DNA of 58,566 bases. Origin: a virus. Lineage: Duplodnaviria > Caudoviricetes. The translations under genes were made by a program, and so were the position numbers. Positions 9,021 to 17,281 of the stretch are shown here, in pieces. The stretch spans positions 1-58,566 of IMG/VR virus record IMGVR_UViG_3300034106_000909; one strand, written 5' to 3'. The notes under the pieces are model-generated. The model was not told the DNA's origin. It did no database searches and was given only the letters and a program-made list of their open reading frames with translations. How positions within the stretch are numbered: position 1 is the first letter of the stretch; every line of letters begins with the position of its first letter.

Positions 9021-9493
9021 GCGACGAGATATACGAAGAGTTGCATTACTGTTCGCACTGCAACCAGAAGGTGCGTAAGATGAACCCGCACCGTATGTGC
9101 AAAAACAAAGTAGCCATGCTGGAGTTTTTAGCCAAGGCTAACGATTGGGTGTTTGTAGAGGCTGGGCGCGGCGCGGTAGTTGACGGGCAATTTATTAGAG
9201 CCCCGTACAGGGCTCAGGCACATTGCAGTGTGCTGGCGTGGTTTGGTCTCGCCGAGCATGGCGAACGACGTTCGGGTCTGTACCGCATCACAGAAAAAGG
9301 CGTGGACTTTCTGCAAGGCAATCACTTGGTGCCCAAAACCATTTGGAGCCGTGACGGGCACGTAGTTGACCGCGACACACTCATGGTTGGAATTAACAGC
9401 GTCAAAGACGTGGTGCTAGACAAAAAATACTGGGATAACTATTCGCTCGTACAGCGCTATCCGAAAGAAGAAAACAATGGCTCAAACCCCTGA
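9017..9493 (+). CDS. Hypothetical protein (N-terminal CxxC, wHTH-like segment)
   Basis: CSHC; LAWFGLAE...GLYRITEKG. Confidence 0.7.
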   Translation: MSDEIYEELHYCSHCNQKVRKMNPHRMCKNKVAMLEFLAKANDWVFVEAGRGAVVDGQFIRAPYRAQAHCSVLAWFGLAEHGERRSGLYRITEKGVDFLQGNHLVPKTIWSRDGHVVDRDTLMVGINSVKDVVLDKKYWDNYSLVQRYPKEENNGSNP

Positions 9494-9815
9494 AGGCAAG
9501 GTCAAAGACGCTTGCAAGCAATACCTCAAGTCCATCGGCGCTTGGTTCTTTATGCCCGTGTCCAATGGCATGGGGCAAGTTGGAATCCCTGACATCATCT
9601 GCTGCTACAAGGGCATCTTCATAGCTGTTGAAACCAAAGCACCGGGCAAGCGTAGCCAGACAACTGCCAACCAAGACCGAGTAATCGGTGCCATCAAAGA
9701 AGCTGACGGATGGGCCATCGTGGTGGACAATGTCGAGCAGCTTGAACAGTTCGTTCTGGCCATCAAAGCCTACTATCGTTTGGAGAATGAAAATGCCGAA
9801 ATCTACCCCTCGTAA
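9477..9815 (+). CDS. VRR-NUC nuclease (putative junction resolvase)
   Basis: PEGKVK...GIPDII...ETKAPG...Q motif set. Confidence 0.9.
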   Translation: MAQTPEGKVKDACKQYLKSIGAWFFMPVSNGMGQVGIPDIICCYKGIFIAVETKAPGKRSQTTANQDRVIGAIKEADGWAIVVDNVEQLEQFVLAIKAYYRLENENAEIYPS

Positions 9816-10059
9816 ATTGGAATACCAGAAGTCCTATAACGCTCGCCCTGAAGAAGTGGCCAAGCGTGTGAAGAACAACGCTGCAAGGCGCGAAGCCATC
9901 AAAGACGGCAAGGCCAAGGTCGGCGATGGTAAAGACGTAGCGCACAAGAAATCACTGGAGAACGGCGGTGGCAACCACAAGGCCAACACAGCAGTTCAAG
10001 ACCGAACAACCAACCGTGGATGGAGGAAAGGCAGTGGCAGTTACAACCCCGATAAATGA
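9793..10059 (+). CDS. Basic HNH-like protein
   Basis: GDGKDVAHKKSLENGG...N...NR; GGAG RBS. Confidence 0.65.
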   Translation: MPKSTPRKLEYQKSYNARPEEVAKRVKNNAARREAIKDGKAKVGDGKDVAHKKSLENGGGNHKANTAVQDRTTNRGWRKGSGSYNPDK

Positions 10060-10063
10060 AGGC

Positions 10064-10261
10064 ATGTGGACGCCGGGATTTGTATTCTTCGGCGTGCCGC
10101 TACCTAAAGGGATAGTTCGCTGCGAGCTAATGCGCGATCTTATGTGGGATGTCGTAAACGTACACTGGATCACACAAGATGGATCAAAACACTCCATGCC
10201 ATTTGAACAAACAGACGAAGGAGTCATGGCAGCTATCGCCGCAATGAAACTCACATGCTAA
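10064..10261 (+). CDS. Small hypothetical protein
   Basis: Fills the gap before the helicase; start uncertain. Confidence 0.5.
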   Translation: MWTPGFVFFGVPLPKGIVRCELMRDLMWDVVNVHWITQDGSKHSMPFEQTDEGVMAAIAAMKLTC

Positions 10262-11826
10262 TTCACAAAGAAAAAAAGGCTGTCGTACTCAAGCTTCGCA
10301 ACCCATCACGAGTAACGACAGTCATACCAACCGCGAAGTTGGTAGAACACAAAGGATCGACACTGGTTGCGATACCACACAGGCCCGACGAAACTCGGGT
10401 GCTGCGTAACTTGGGCTTTGAGGTTCCTGAACCCATGCCCATTCACTACGACTGGCCCAAGGTCAGCGGCAGACATGCGCCGTTCTCTGCGCAGCTCGAC
10501 ACAGCATCGTTCCTTTCTATGAACAGCCGTGCGTTCTGTCTCAACGGTATGGGCACTGGCAAGACCAACAGCGCACTGTGGGCGTATGACTATCTGCGCC
10601 GCACCAAGACCGTGAGCAAGGTGCTTGTGGTGTGTCCTCTGTCTACCATGGAGCGCACATGGGCTGACTCAGCCTTTCAGACGTTCCCACATCTTGACTG
10701 CGTTGTGCTGCACGGCACACGAGAGCGCCGTAATAAGCTGCTTGCACAAGACGTTGACATCTATGTCATCAACATTGACGGGCTATCTACCATCAAGGAT
10801 GCGCTGGCCAAGCGGCCTGATATCGACCTGATCGTCATCGACGAGCTTGCACTGGCACGCAACTCAGGCACAGACCGCTGGAAGATTCTCAACACTATCT
10901 GCAACAAGCAGGCTCCTCGCCGTGTGTGGGGCATGACAGGATCGCCAACACCTAACGCACCGACTGACGCATGGGCGCAGTGCAAGCTGGTAACTCCTGA
11001 CAACCCAACCATGCCCAAGTATTACAGCGCGTTCCGCGACCGCGTGATGCGCCAGATCACCCCATTCAAATGGGCGGCGCGGCAGGACGCCAACGAGGCT
11101 GTGTATCAGATGATGCAGCCAGCTATCCGGTTCTCGCTGGATGACTGTGTGGACTTGCCAGAGCAGACGTTCATCACCCGCGACGTGGCCCTCACCAAGG
11201 AGCAGGAGAAGGCCTACAAGGACATGATTAACAAGCTGTCTACCGAGTATGCAGGCGGTCAGATTCTGGCTGTCAATGAGGCTGTGAAGGCCAACAAGCT
11301 CATCCAAATTGCGTGTGGTGTCGCCTACGGGACAGGTGGTGAACACGTCGTCATCCCATCCAAGCCACGCATGGACGTACTCAAGGAAGTCATCGAGGAA
11401 TCTGAAGGCAAGGTCATCGTCTTCGTGCCGCTGACAGGCGCTTTGGAAAGCGTAGCGTCAGAACTGCGTAAGGATTTCACGGTAGAAACGGTGCATGGCG
11501 GAACTAGCAAGTCCGAGCGAGATCGTATTTTTAGTGAGTTCCAACGAGGGCTTGACCCAAGGGTTTTGGTGGCTAACGCCTCAACCATGAGCCATGGCCT
11601 GACACTGACGGCAGCAACCACCATCGTGTGGTACGCCCCGGTTCACTCGAATGAGACTTACGAACAGGCTTGTGCGCGTGTAAGACGCCCGGGCCAGACA
11701 AGAACCACAGTGATCGTTCACATTGCAGGTACGGATGTTGAGCGGCGTGTGTATAAGAGGCTGCAAGACAAGCAGTCTATGCAGGGTGTGTTACTCGACA
11801 TGATGAAGGAACGGATAGACCAATGA
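10255..11826 (+). CDS. SNF2-type SF2 helicase
   Basis: MGTGKT, IDE, TGSP, HGLTL and QACARVRRPGQ motifs. Confidence 0.93.
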   Translation: MLIHKEKKAVVLKLRNPSRVTTVIPTAKLVEHKGSTLVAIPHRPDETRVLRNLGFEVPEPMPIHYDWPKVSGRHAPFSAQLDTASFLSMNSRAFCLNGMGTGKTNSALWAYDYLRRTKTVSKVLVVCPLSTMERTWADSAFQTFPHLDCVVLHGTRERRNKLLAQDVDIYVINIDGLSTIKDALAKRPDIDLIVIDELALARNSGTDRWKILNTICNKQAPRRVWGMTGSPTPNAPTDAWAQCKLVTPDNPTMPKYYSAFRDRVMRQITPFKWAARQDANEAVYQMMQPAIRFSLDDCVDLPEQTFITRDVALTKEQEKAYKDMINKLSTEYAGGQILAVNEAVKANKLIQIACGVAYGTGGEHVVIPSKPRMDVLKEVIEESEGKVIVFVPLTGALESVASELRKDFTVETVHGGTSKSERDRIFSEFQRGLDPRVLVANASTMSHGLTLTAATTIVWYAPVHSNETYEQACARVRRPGQTRTTVIVHIAGTDVERRVYKRLQDKQSMQGVLLDMMKERIDQ

Positions 11827-12209
11827 AATTATCAGAAGCAGTGAGCCTGTACATACAGCTCCGTGACAAGAAGGCAGAGATGAAGGCAGAGTTTGACGCC
11901 ACCATCGCTCCCTTAAACGACAAGATGGACAAGCTGGAAGCCAAACTTCTGGACGTGTTCAACAAGACCGGCATGGACTCAGTCAAGACTGAGAACGGTA
12001 CGGCTTATACCGCTGTGCGTACAACCGCCAGCATTGCAGATCGTGAGGCTTTCATGGAGTTTGTGAAGGCCAACGAAGAATGGAGCTTGCTTGAAGTGCG
12101 TGCATCAAAGACCGCCGTTGAGCAGTTCCGTGAGTCCAACAATGACGAACTGCCACCGGGTGTAAATATCCGGTCAGAACGCGTTGTAAACATCCGCCGC
12201 TCGGCATAA
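11823..12209 (+). CDS. Conserved coiled-coil phage replication-module protein
   Basis: Position between helicase and SSB; LPPGV C-terminal motif. Confidence 0.75.
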   Translation: MKLSEAVSLYIQLRDKKAEMKAEFDATIAPLNDKMDKLEAKLLDVFNKTGMDSVKTENGTAYTAVRTTASIADREAFMEFVKANEEWSLLEVRASKTAVEQFRESNNDELPPGVNIRSERVVNIRRSA

Positions 12210-12236
12210 ACTCTCAACCCCAACTAACCGAAGATC

Positions 12237-13178
12237 ATGAACATCATTCCATTTGACTCCGGCAGCAAACTGCCCGCATTCCTGAAAAAAGTCGACGTCG
12301 CGGCTTTGAACTCTGACCTTACAGCCCACGCTGGTGGTGGCTTCCCTGTGATTTCGATCAAGGGTAAGGTCTTCGCAGTCGTCCGTGATGGCGACCGTGA
12401 GATTCAGATGAACCCCAAAGACCCCGACAGCGCAGCTACCAGCCTGAACGTGGTGTTGTTAAAAGCCAACAAGGGCACCAGCAAGGTGTTCTACATCAAG
12501 GGCTACGACAAGGACACCAGCGAAGGCCAGAAGCCTGACTGCTACTCCAACGATGGCGTTGAGCCAGCGGCTGATGCACAGAACAAGCAGGCCAAGAAGT
12601 GCGCTACATGCCCTCACAACCAGTGGGGTTCGCGTGTCTCTGAGAAGGGCGCTACCAAGGGTAAGGCTTGCGCTGATGCTGTTCGTATGGCCGTGGCTCC
12701 TGCGGGTCAGATCAACGACGCCATGCTGCTGCGTGTGCCACCTGCGTCCATCAAGGCTCTGGGTGAGTACGGTCAGATGCTGGCCAAGCGCGGTGTCGGC
12801 TACAACATGGTCGTGACCAAGGTCGGCTTCGACCTGCAAGCTGAATCTCCCAAGCTGACGTTCTCTGCTATCGGCCTGCTGGATGACGACGGCTTCGCTG
12901 AGGTGCAGGAAATCGCTGCATCCGACGTGGTGTCCAACATCCTCGGTTCGTCTATCATGGCCGCTGTTGCTGCTGAAGCTGCTGCGCCTGCGGAGGAACC
13001 TGAAGAAGAGCCCGCATCAAAACCAGCGGCTAAGCCCAAGGCAGCGCCCAAGCCAGTAGTTGAAGAAGACGAAGAGGAAGCCCCGGCACCTAAGCCAGCG
13101 GCCAAACCCAAGGCTAAACCAGCTCCTGTGGCTGATGTCATGGACCTAGACCTCGACGACATAAACTTCGACGACTAA
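12237..13178 (+). CDS. Single-stranded DNA-binding/annealing protein
   Basis: PDC...CxxCP...KAC core, Ala/Pro/Lys linker and acidic tail DLDDINFDD. Confidence 0.7.
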   Translation: MNIIPFDSGSKLPAFLKKVDVAALNSDLTAHAGGGFPVISIKGKVFAVVRDGDREIQMNPKDPDSAATSLNVVLLKANKGTSKVFYIKGYDKDTSEGQKPDCYSNDGVEPAADAQNKQAKKCATCPHNQWGSRVSEKGATKGKACADAVRMAVAPAGQINDAMLLRVPPASIKALGEYGQMLAKRGVGYNMVVTKVGFDLQAESPKLTFSAIGLLDDDGFAEVQEIAASDVVSNILGSSIMAAVAAEAAAPAEEPEEEPASKPAAKPKAAPKPVVEEDEEEAPAPKPAAKPKAKPAPVADVMDLDLDDINFDD

Positions 13179-13246
13179 GCAGCCAGTGGGGTCAGTGACG
13201 TATCTTTTTAGACGCGACTGCAGTACACTGACCCCCACTCTTGTGG

Positions 13247-13265
13247 GCCCGCTTGCGGGCTTTTT
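13247..13265 (+). terminator. Intrinsic terminator
   Basis: GCCCG-CTTG-CGGGC followed by TTTTT. Confidence 0.75.
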
Positions 13266-13319
13266 CGCTTTCTGGAGTCGTCATGAGTTGCATAAATACA
13301 ACAGTTAGTGGGGTGACCA

Positions 13320-16300
13320 GTGAACACCCTTGAGTTTCTCAAAGCAATCCTGCCCGAACACGGCATTCACTACTTAGCTCTGTTCAAAGAGGGCTACAAA
13401 TTTCCGGCTCACAAGGTTTACATCGACCTTGAGACCATGGCAGAGGCAGTTGACGGTATGGCTGGCAGCAAGCAGCTGTCTGTGTATCACGCCTGTGCTT
13501 CGTACCAGAAGGCCGTCATCGAGTTGGACGAGCTGGACAAGAACGGCAACAACAAACGCAAGTACCGAGTCCCTGAGAACTGGGACAAGGCCAAGTCGTT
13601 CTGGGTGGACGTTGACTGCGGCCAAGACAAGTTCGACAAGGGGCAGGGCTATCTGACCAAGAAGGACGCTGTTGTGGCCATGGCCAAGTTCGCCAAAGAA
13701 GTAGGCGTACCAAGGCCGCTGATGGTTGACTCCGGTAACGGCATCCATGCCTACTGGCCCTTGACCAAAGACATTGGACCGGAACTGTGGCGCAAGGTAG
13801 CCGTAGTCCTCAAGTCCACGCTGGCTCACTGCAAGGTTATCGCTGACCCGACACGCACAGCAGACTTCAGCTCCATCCTCAGACCCGTGGGTTCTACCAA
13901 CCGCAAGAACGGTGACGCCAAGACCGTTAAGGTACTGGCTACCTGCGAAGCCATTGACCCCAAAGAATTTGCTCAGCCACTGTTTGACTACGCCAAAGAG
14001 AATGACGTCAAGCTGATCCGCGAAGCGCCTAAGAAGCAGTACCAGCCGAATGATCTTAATTCCGATCTGACCGGCCACCTGCACCAATACCCCGAAGTTC
14101 CCGTCGATGCGAACGTCATGGCTGACAAATGCCAGCAGGTCGGAAAAATGCGCGACACCAAGGGTGATGTGTCCTACGATCACTGGTGGAAAGTTATCGG
14201 ACTGCTGACTTTCTGCGAGGGTGGGCGCGAAACTGCGGAGGAGTGGACAGTCAACCGCGCAGCTACTGACCATAAAAACTTGGACTGGGATGTCAAGTAC
14301 GACACTTGGAGCGCTGGCCCAACATACTGCGAGACGCTGGATAGCTGTAACCCGGGTGGCTGCAACGGCTGCGCGTTCAAGGGCAAGATAACTACCCCAC
14401 TGCAACTCGGGCGCGTCATGCCCGAGCCGGAAGAGACCGTCGAGGAGGTGGTCACTGAGTCCGGTACTACAGAGCAAACCACTGTTCCTGCCGTACCTAG
14501 GGGCTACCAGTGGGACAGCCACCTGCTGAGTCGGTTGATTCCCGACAAAGAAGGCGTCATGCAGGTGTTCCCCTTCTGTGAGAACTTGTTCTACCCCATC
14601 ACGCGCATACGTGGCGAAGACGGCACGTTCCGTTATGGCATCCGGTTCCACCTGCCCGACAAACGCGTTCGTGAATTTGAAATCCCCGGTGAGTCGGTGG
14701 CGTCCCCGACAGACATGCTGCGGGCCTTAGCCCGGTACGAACTTACCAAGAGCAACCACAAAAATGCAGGAGAGCACATGGCCGCATACCTGTTGGACCA
14801 GCTCCAAGCCCTCAAACGTAATATCTCTGAAACCAACACCCTGACTTCGTTCGGGTGGAAGGAAGATCACAAGGCGTTCCTGCTTGGTGAAACGCTTCAT
14901 TTCGCTGACGGTTCTGAACGCCCAGTGCTGGTGGGCGGTAACGCCAAAGAGCGTGTGGCTACGTTCCGCAATGGCCGTGGCAGTCTGCAAGGCTACGCAG
15001 ACGCTATGAACTTCATGTACAACCGCCCCGAAGCTGTCCACTGGCAGTACACCGTGTGCGCTGGATGGGGATCACTGCTGTCGCATCACTGCGAAGACCT
15101 GTACAAGGGTTTGATTCTGGCGCTGCAGGGCGGCAAGTCAGGTCGCGGTAAGACTACTGCGTGCCACGCTGCGCTGGCTGCGTTCGGCAATCCTGAGAAG
15201 ATGACCCTCAACTCCAAGGAGGGCTTCACCACCAATGCTTTGTGGGCTACGCTGGGTGTGTTCAACAACATCCCCGTGCTGGCTGACGAGCTGACCAACA
15301 TGGACGCTCCGGTGTTCAGTGATGTGGCGTACGGGGTATCCAACGGCCAAGACCGTATCCGCATGACCTCCAAGGGCGGCACTGTGGTGTTCGCCAAATC
15401 GTCCGAGTGGCGTCTGAACGTGTACGTGACTGGCAACCGGGACTTCTACGGACTGCTTGCGGCCAACCAAGCCAACTCACAGGCTGAGGCTGTGCGCCTG
15501 ATTCAGCTCAACGTGGATCGCTACGACCCGCTGATGCTGGTAAACCGAGCTGAGTTCCCTGACACCGAAGAAGGTGAGGACGCATGGAGGTCAGCCTCTG
15601 CCATCGTGGCTGCGGAGAACATCAAGCAGATGACGGCCAACTCTGGGCACGCTGGTGCTGCCATGGTCAAGTACATCTTGGCCAACGAAGCTGAGGTTCG
15701 CAAGGACATGCAGACCATGCTGTCCAAGTTCACCGACGTGCTGTCCAACCCCAAGTTTAGGTTTTACAGGGCACACAGCGCATGCACAATCGTGATCGCC
15801 AAGATCGCCAAGAAGCTGGGTATTGTGGACTTTGATATCCGTGAGATGTACAAGTTCACCGTGGGCCTGCTGCACGAACTGGCTGAGTCCGTGGAAGAGA
15901 ACAACACCGTGACGTCGGAAGATGCGTTCCAGCGCATGGTTGGCCAGCTTAGCCCCCGCGTCATCGTAACCACCGAATGCCGAGATGGTCGTGACGCTCG
16001 TGGCCCTGAAACCCCGCGTAACCGCGTCATTGGACCGATTGCAGGTCGCTACATACTTGGCACAGTCAACCACAAAGAGTTTGCCGGTCGTTTGATTTTG
16101 AGCCAGAAGGAAGTGCGGGAATGGTGCATGGCCAACCGCATGGACTACCAGTCGATGGTAGCCAGCCTCAAGGAAGCTAAGGCTCTGGTATCCCATGGTG
16201 AGAAGTTTGTCATCACCCGTGGAACTGACTGCACATCACAGCAGCAACGCTGCATTGTGGTGGATACCAAGCGCCTGAACGCTGAGTCAACAGCCCCTGT

Positions 16301-16352
16301 ATTGACCTTGGTTAGCAACAGACTTGACGGGGATGCAGCCAGCGATATATGA
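13320..16352 (+). CDS. Primase-helicase (AEP/RepB-like primase, PriCT, DUF927-type P-loop helicase)
   Basis: DVD and SGNGIHAYW primase motifs; Cys cluster; Walker A GKSGRGKTT; Walker B LADE. Confidence 0.88.
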   Translation: MNTLEFLKAILPEHGIHYLALFKEGYKFPAHKVYIDLETMAEAVDGMAGSKQLSVYHACASYQKAVIELDELDKNGNNKRKYRVPENWDKAKSFWVDVDCGQDKFDKGQGYLTKKDAVVAMAKFAKEVGVPRPLMVDSGNGIHAYWPLTKDIGPELWRKVAVVLKSTLAHCKVIADPTRTADFSSILRPVGSTNRKNGDAKTVKVLATCEAIDPKEFAQPLFDYAKENDVKLIREAPKKQYQPNDLNSDLTGHLHQYPEVPVDANVMADKCQQVGKMRDTKGDVSYDHWWKVIGLLTFCEGGRETAEEWTVNRAATDHKNLDWDVKYDTWSAGPTYCETLDSCNPGGCNGCAFKGKITTPLQLGRVMPEPEETVEEVVTESGTTEQTTVPAVPRGYQWDSHLLSRLIPDKEGVMQVFPFCENLFYPITRIRGEDGTFRYGIRFHLPDKRVREFEIPGESVASPTDMLRALARYELTKSNHKNAGEHMAAYLLDQLQALKRNISETNTLTSFGWKEDHKAFLLGETLHFADGSERPVLVGGNAKERVATFRNGRGSLQGYADAMNFMYNRPEAVHWQYTVCAGWGSLLSHHCEDLYKGLILALQGGKSGRGKTTACHAALAAFGNPEKMTLNSKEGFTTNALWATLGVFNNIPVLADELTNMDAPVFSDVAYGVSNGQDRIRMTSKGGTVVFAKSSEWRLNVYVTGNRDFYGLLAANQANSQAEAVRLIQLNVDRYDPLMLVNRAEFPDTEEGEDAWRSASAIVAAENIKQMTANSGHAGAAMVKYILANEAEVRKDMQTMLSKFTDVLSNPKFRFYRAHSACTIVIAKIAKKLGIVDFDIREMYKFTVGLLHELAESVEENNTVTSEDAFQRMVGQLSPRVIVTTECRDGRDARGPETPRNRVIGPIAGRYILGTVNHKEFAGRLILSQKEVREWCMANRMDYQSMVASLKEAKALVSHGEKFVITRGTDCTSQQQRCIVVDTKRLNAESTAPVLTLVSNRLDGDAASDI

Positions 16353-16353
16353 T
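16324..16353 (+). promoter_or_regulatory. Sigma70-type promoter overlapping the primase stop codon
   Basis: TTGACG-18 nt-TATGAT. Confidence 0.55.
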
Positions 16354-16358
16354 CCGCC

Positions 16359-16435
16359 CGCCGATTGTCATGTCGGTTCCTTTAGTGTGTTGAGAAACCT
16401 TGACCCCCGAGCTGCAAAGCCCGGGGGCTTTTTTT
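16359..16435 (+). ncRNA. Candidate antisense sRNA complementary to early-gene RBS regions
   Basis: Promoter upstream, 5' hairpin, single-stranded UUCCUUUAGUGUGUUGAGA, intrinsic terminator. Confidence 0.5.
16404..16435 (+). terminator. Intrinsic terminator at the convergence of the two arms
   Basis: CCCCCGAGCT-GCAA-AGCCCGGGGG followed by C and T7. Confidence 0.8.
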
Positions 16436-16437
16436 CG

Positions 16438-16575
16438 TCACTTCTTGGCCTTGGCCATGCAAGCGCCCATCTTGGCGCACTTGGCTGGGTTAGGGCACTT
16501 AGCACATGGCTTGAATGGAGCAGCTTTTTTACCTGCGGGGGCCTTGGCCATCATCATCTTTTTACCGTACATCAT
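16438..16575 (-). CDS. Tiny Lys/Ala/Met-rich protein with 4 Cys (45 aa)
   Basis: GGAG RBS; MMYGKKMMMAKAPAGKKAAPFKPCAKCPNPAKCAKMGACMAKAKK; below the ORF-track cutoff. Confidence 0.7.
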   Translation of the reverse strand: MMYGKKMMMAKAPAGKKAAPFKPCAKCPNPAKCAKMGACMAKAKK

Positions 16576-16595
16576 GGGAATCTCCAGTTGGGGGG

Positions 16596-16829
16596 TTAGC
16601 GGAACTTCGCGGTTTTTGCAGCTATCTTTTTGGGTTGAGCTACAAACTGTTTCCCCGCAGCTTTGCCAGCGCGTTTTGCACGCGTTGTCGCAGCGTATTC
16701 AGCAGGGCTAAGACTTTTAATTGCAGACTCAGGTAGATACCTTTCGCCCGTGTCAGATGATCGTTTTCCACTTTTGGTCTTCCAGTTTTGGTTGGTCCAC
16801 TCTTTGAGGGACTTCTGAGGGGCTTTCAA
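16596..16829 (-). CDS. Small basic protein (DUF5872-like, C-terminal part)
   Basis: SLKEWTNQNWKTKSG...ERYLP motif. Confidence 0.75.
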   Translation of the reverse strand: MKAPQKSLKEWTNQNWKTKSGKRSSDTGERYLPESAIKSLSPAEYAATTRAKRAGKAAGKQFVAQPKKIAAKTAKFR

Positions 16830-17014
16830 TCTCTGTACCCCCCGCCAGCGGCTTTATATTTCTTGGCCACAAGTTGCGCCTTACGAGCTGACCATTGGCC
16901 AGCACCAGTGCCTTGGGTAGCTGCGGCTTTTACCTGACTGACGATCCGCTTGCGCAGCTCGGGCTTGGTGTAATTGCCAGCAGCGTTGACTGTGGATTTG
17001 GACTTGGTGGCCAT
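16826..17014 (-). CDS. Small basic protein (DUF5872-like, N-terminal part)
   Basis: YTKPELR...GQWSARKAQL...GGGY motif. Confidence 0.75.
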   Translation of the reverse strand: MATKSKSTVNAAGNYTKPELRKRIVSQVKAAATQGTGAGQWSARKAQLVAKKYKAAGGGYRD

Positions 17015-17015
17015 G

Positions 17016-17270
17016 TCAGCACTTCCATGCACGCAACGATTTGTTGATGCGGCTGTTGGGGTCGTTGGCCGTCTTCTCGCTGGTCAGCTTCTTTTTCATG
17101 CCTTCCATCCGAGCACAGAACGAGTCGCGTCGTGGACCGCCTTCTGGTTGAGGAGCCTTGAGCCCCGGCTTGCCGGGGTTAGCTTTGTTGTAGGAGGCAC
17201 GCCCCTTGGCGTTGAGCCCGCCCTTCTCAGCTTTACCTTCTTTGCGTGTCCACGCAGGTGTCTTAGCCAT
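17016..17270 (-). CDS. Small basic protein (DUF6321-like)
   Basis: GGLNAKGRAS...RRDSFCARM...SLRAWKC. Confidence 0.78.
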   Translation of the reverse strand: MAKTPAWTRKEGKAEKGGLNAKGRASYNKANPGKPGLKAPQPEGGPRRDSFCARMEGMKKKLTSEKTANDPNSRINKSLRAWKC

Positions 17271-17281
17271 GGTGTTTCTCC

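Noticed and set aside
13374-14651. Long antisense ORFs (also 42891-43892, 45299-46459, 57173-57928 and others)
   Set aside because: Shadows of codon-biased genes on the opposite strand; no RBS or motifs
16312-16371. 19-aa minus-strand ORF MTIGGRIIYRWLHPRQVCC with a good SD
   Set aside because: Not listed as a feature because it overlaps the primase 3' end and the + strand has a full promoter-terminator unit; kept as the alternative to the sRNA model
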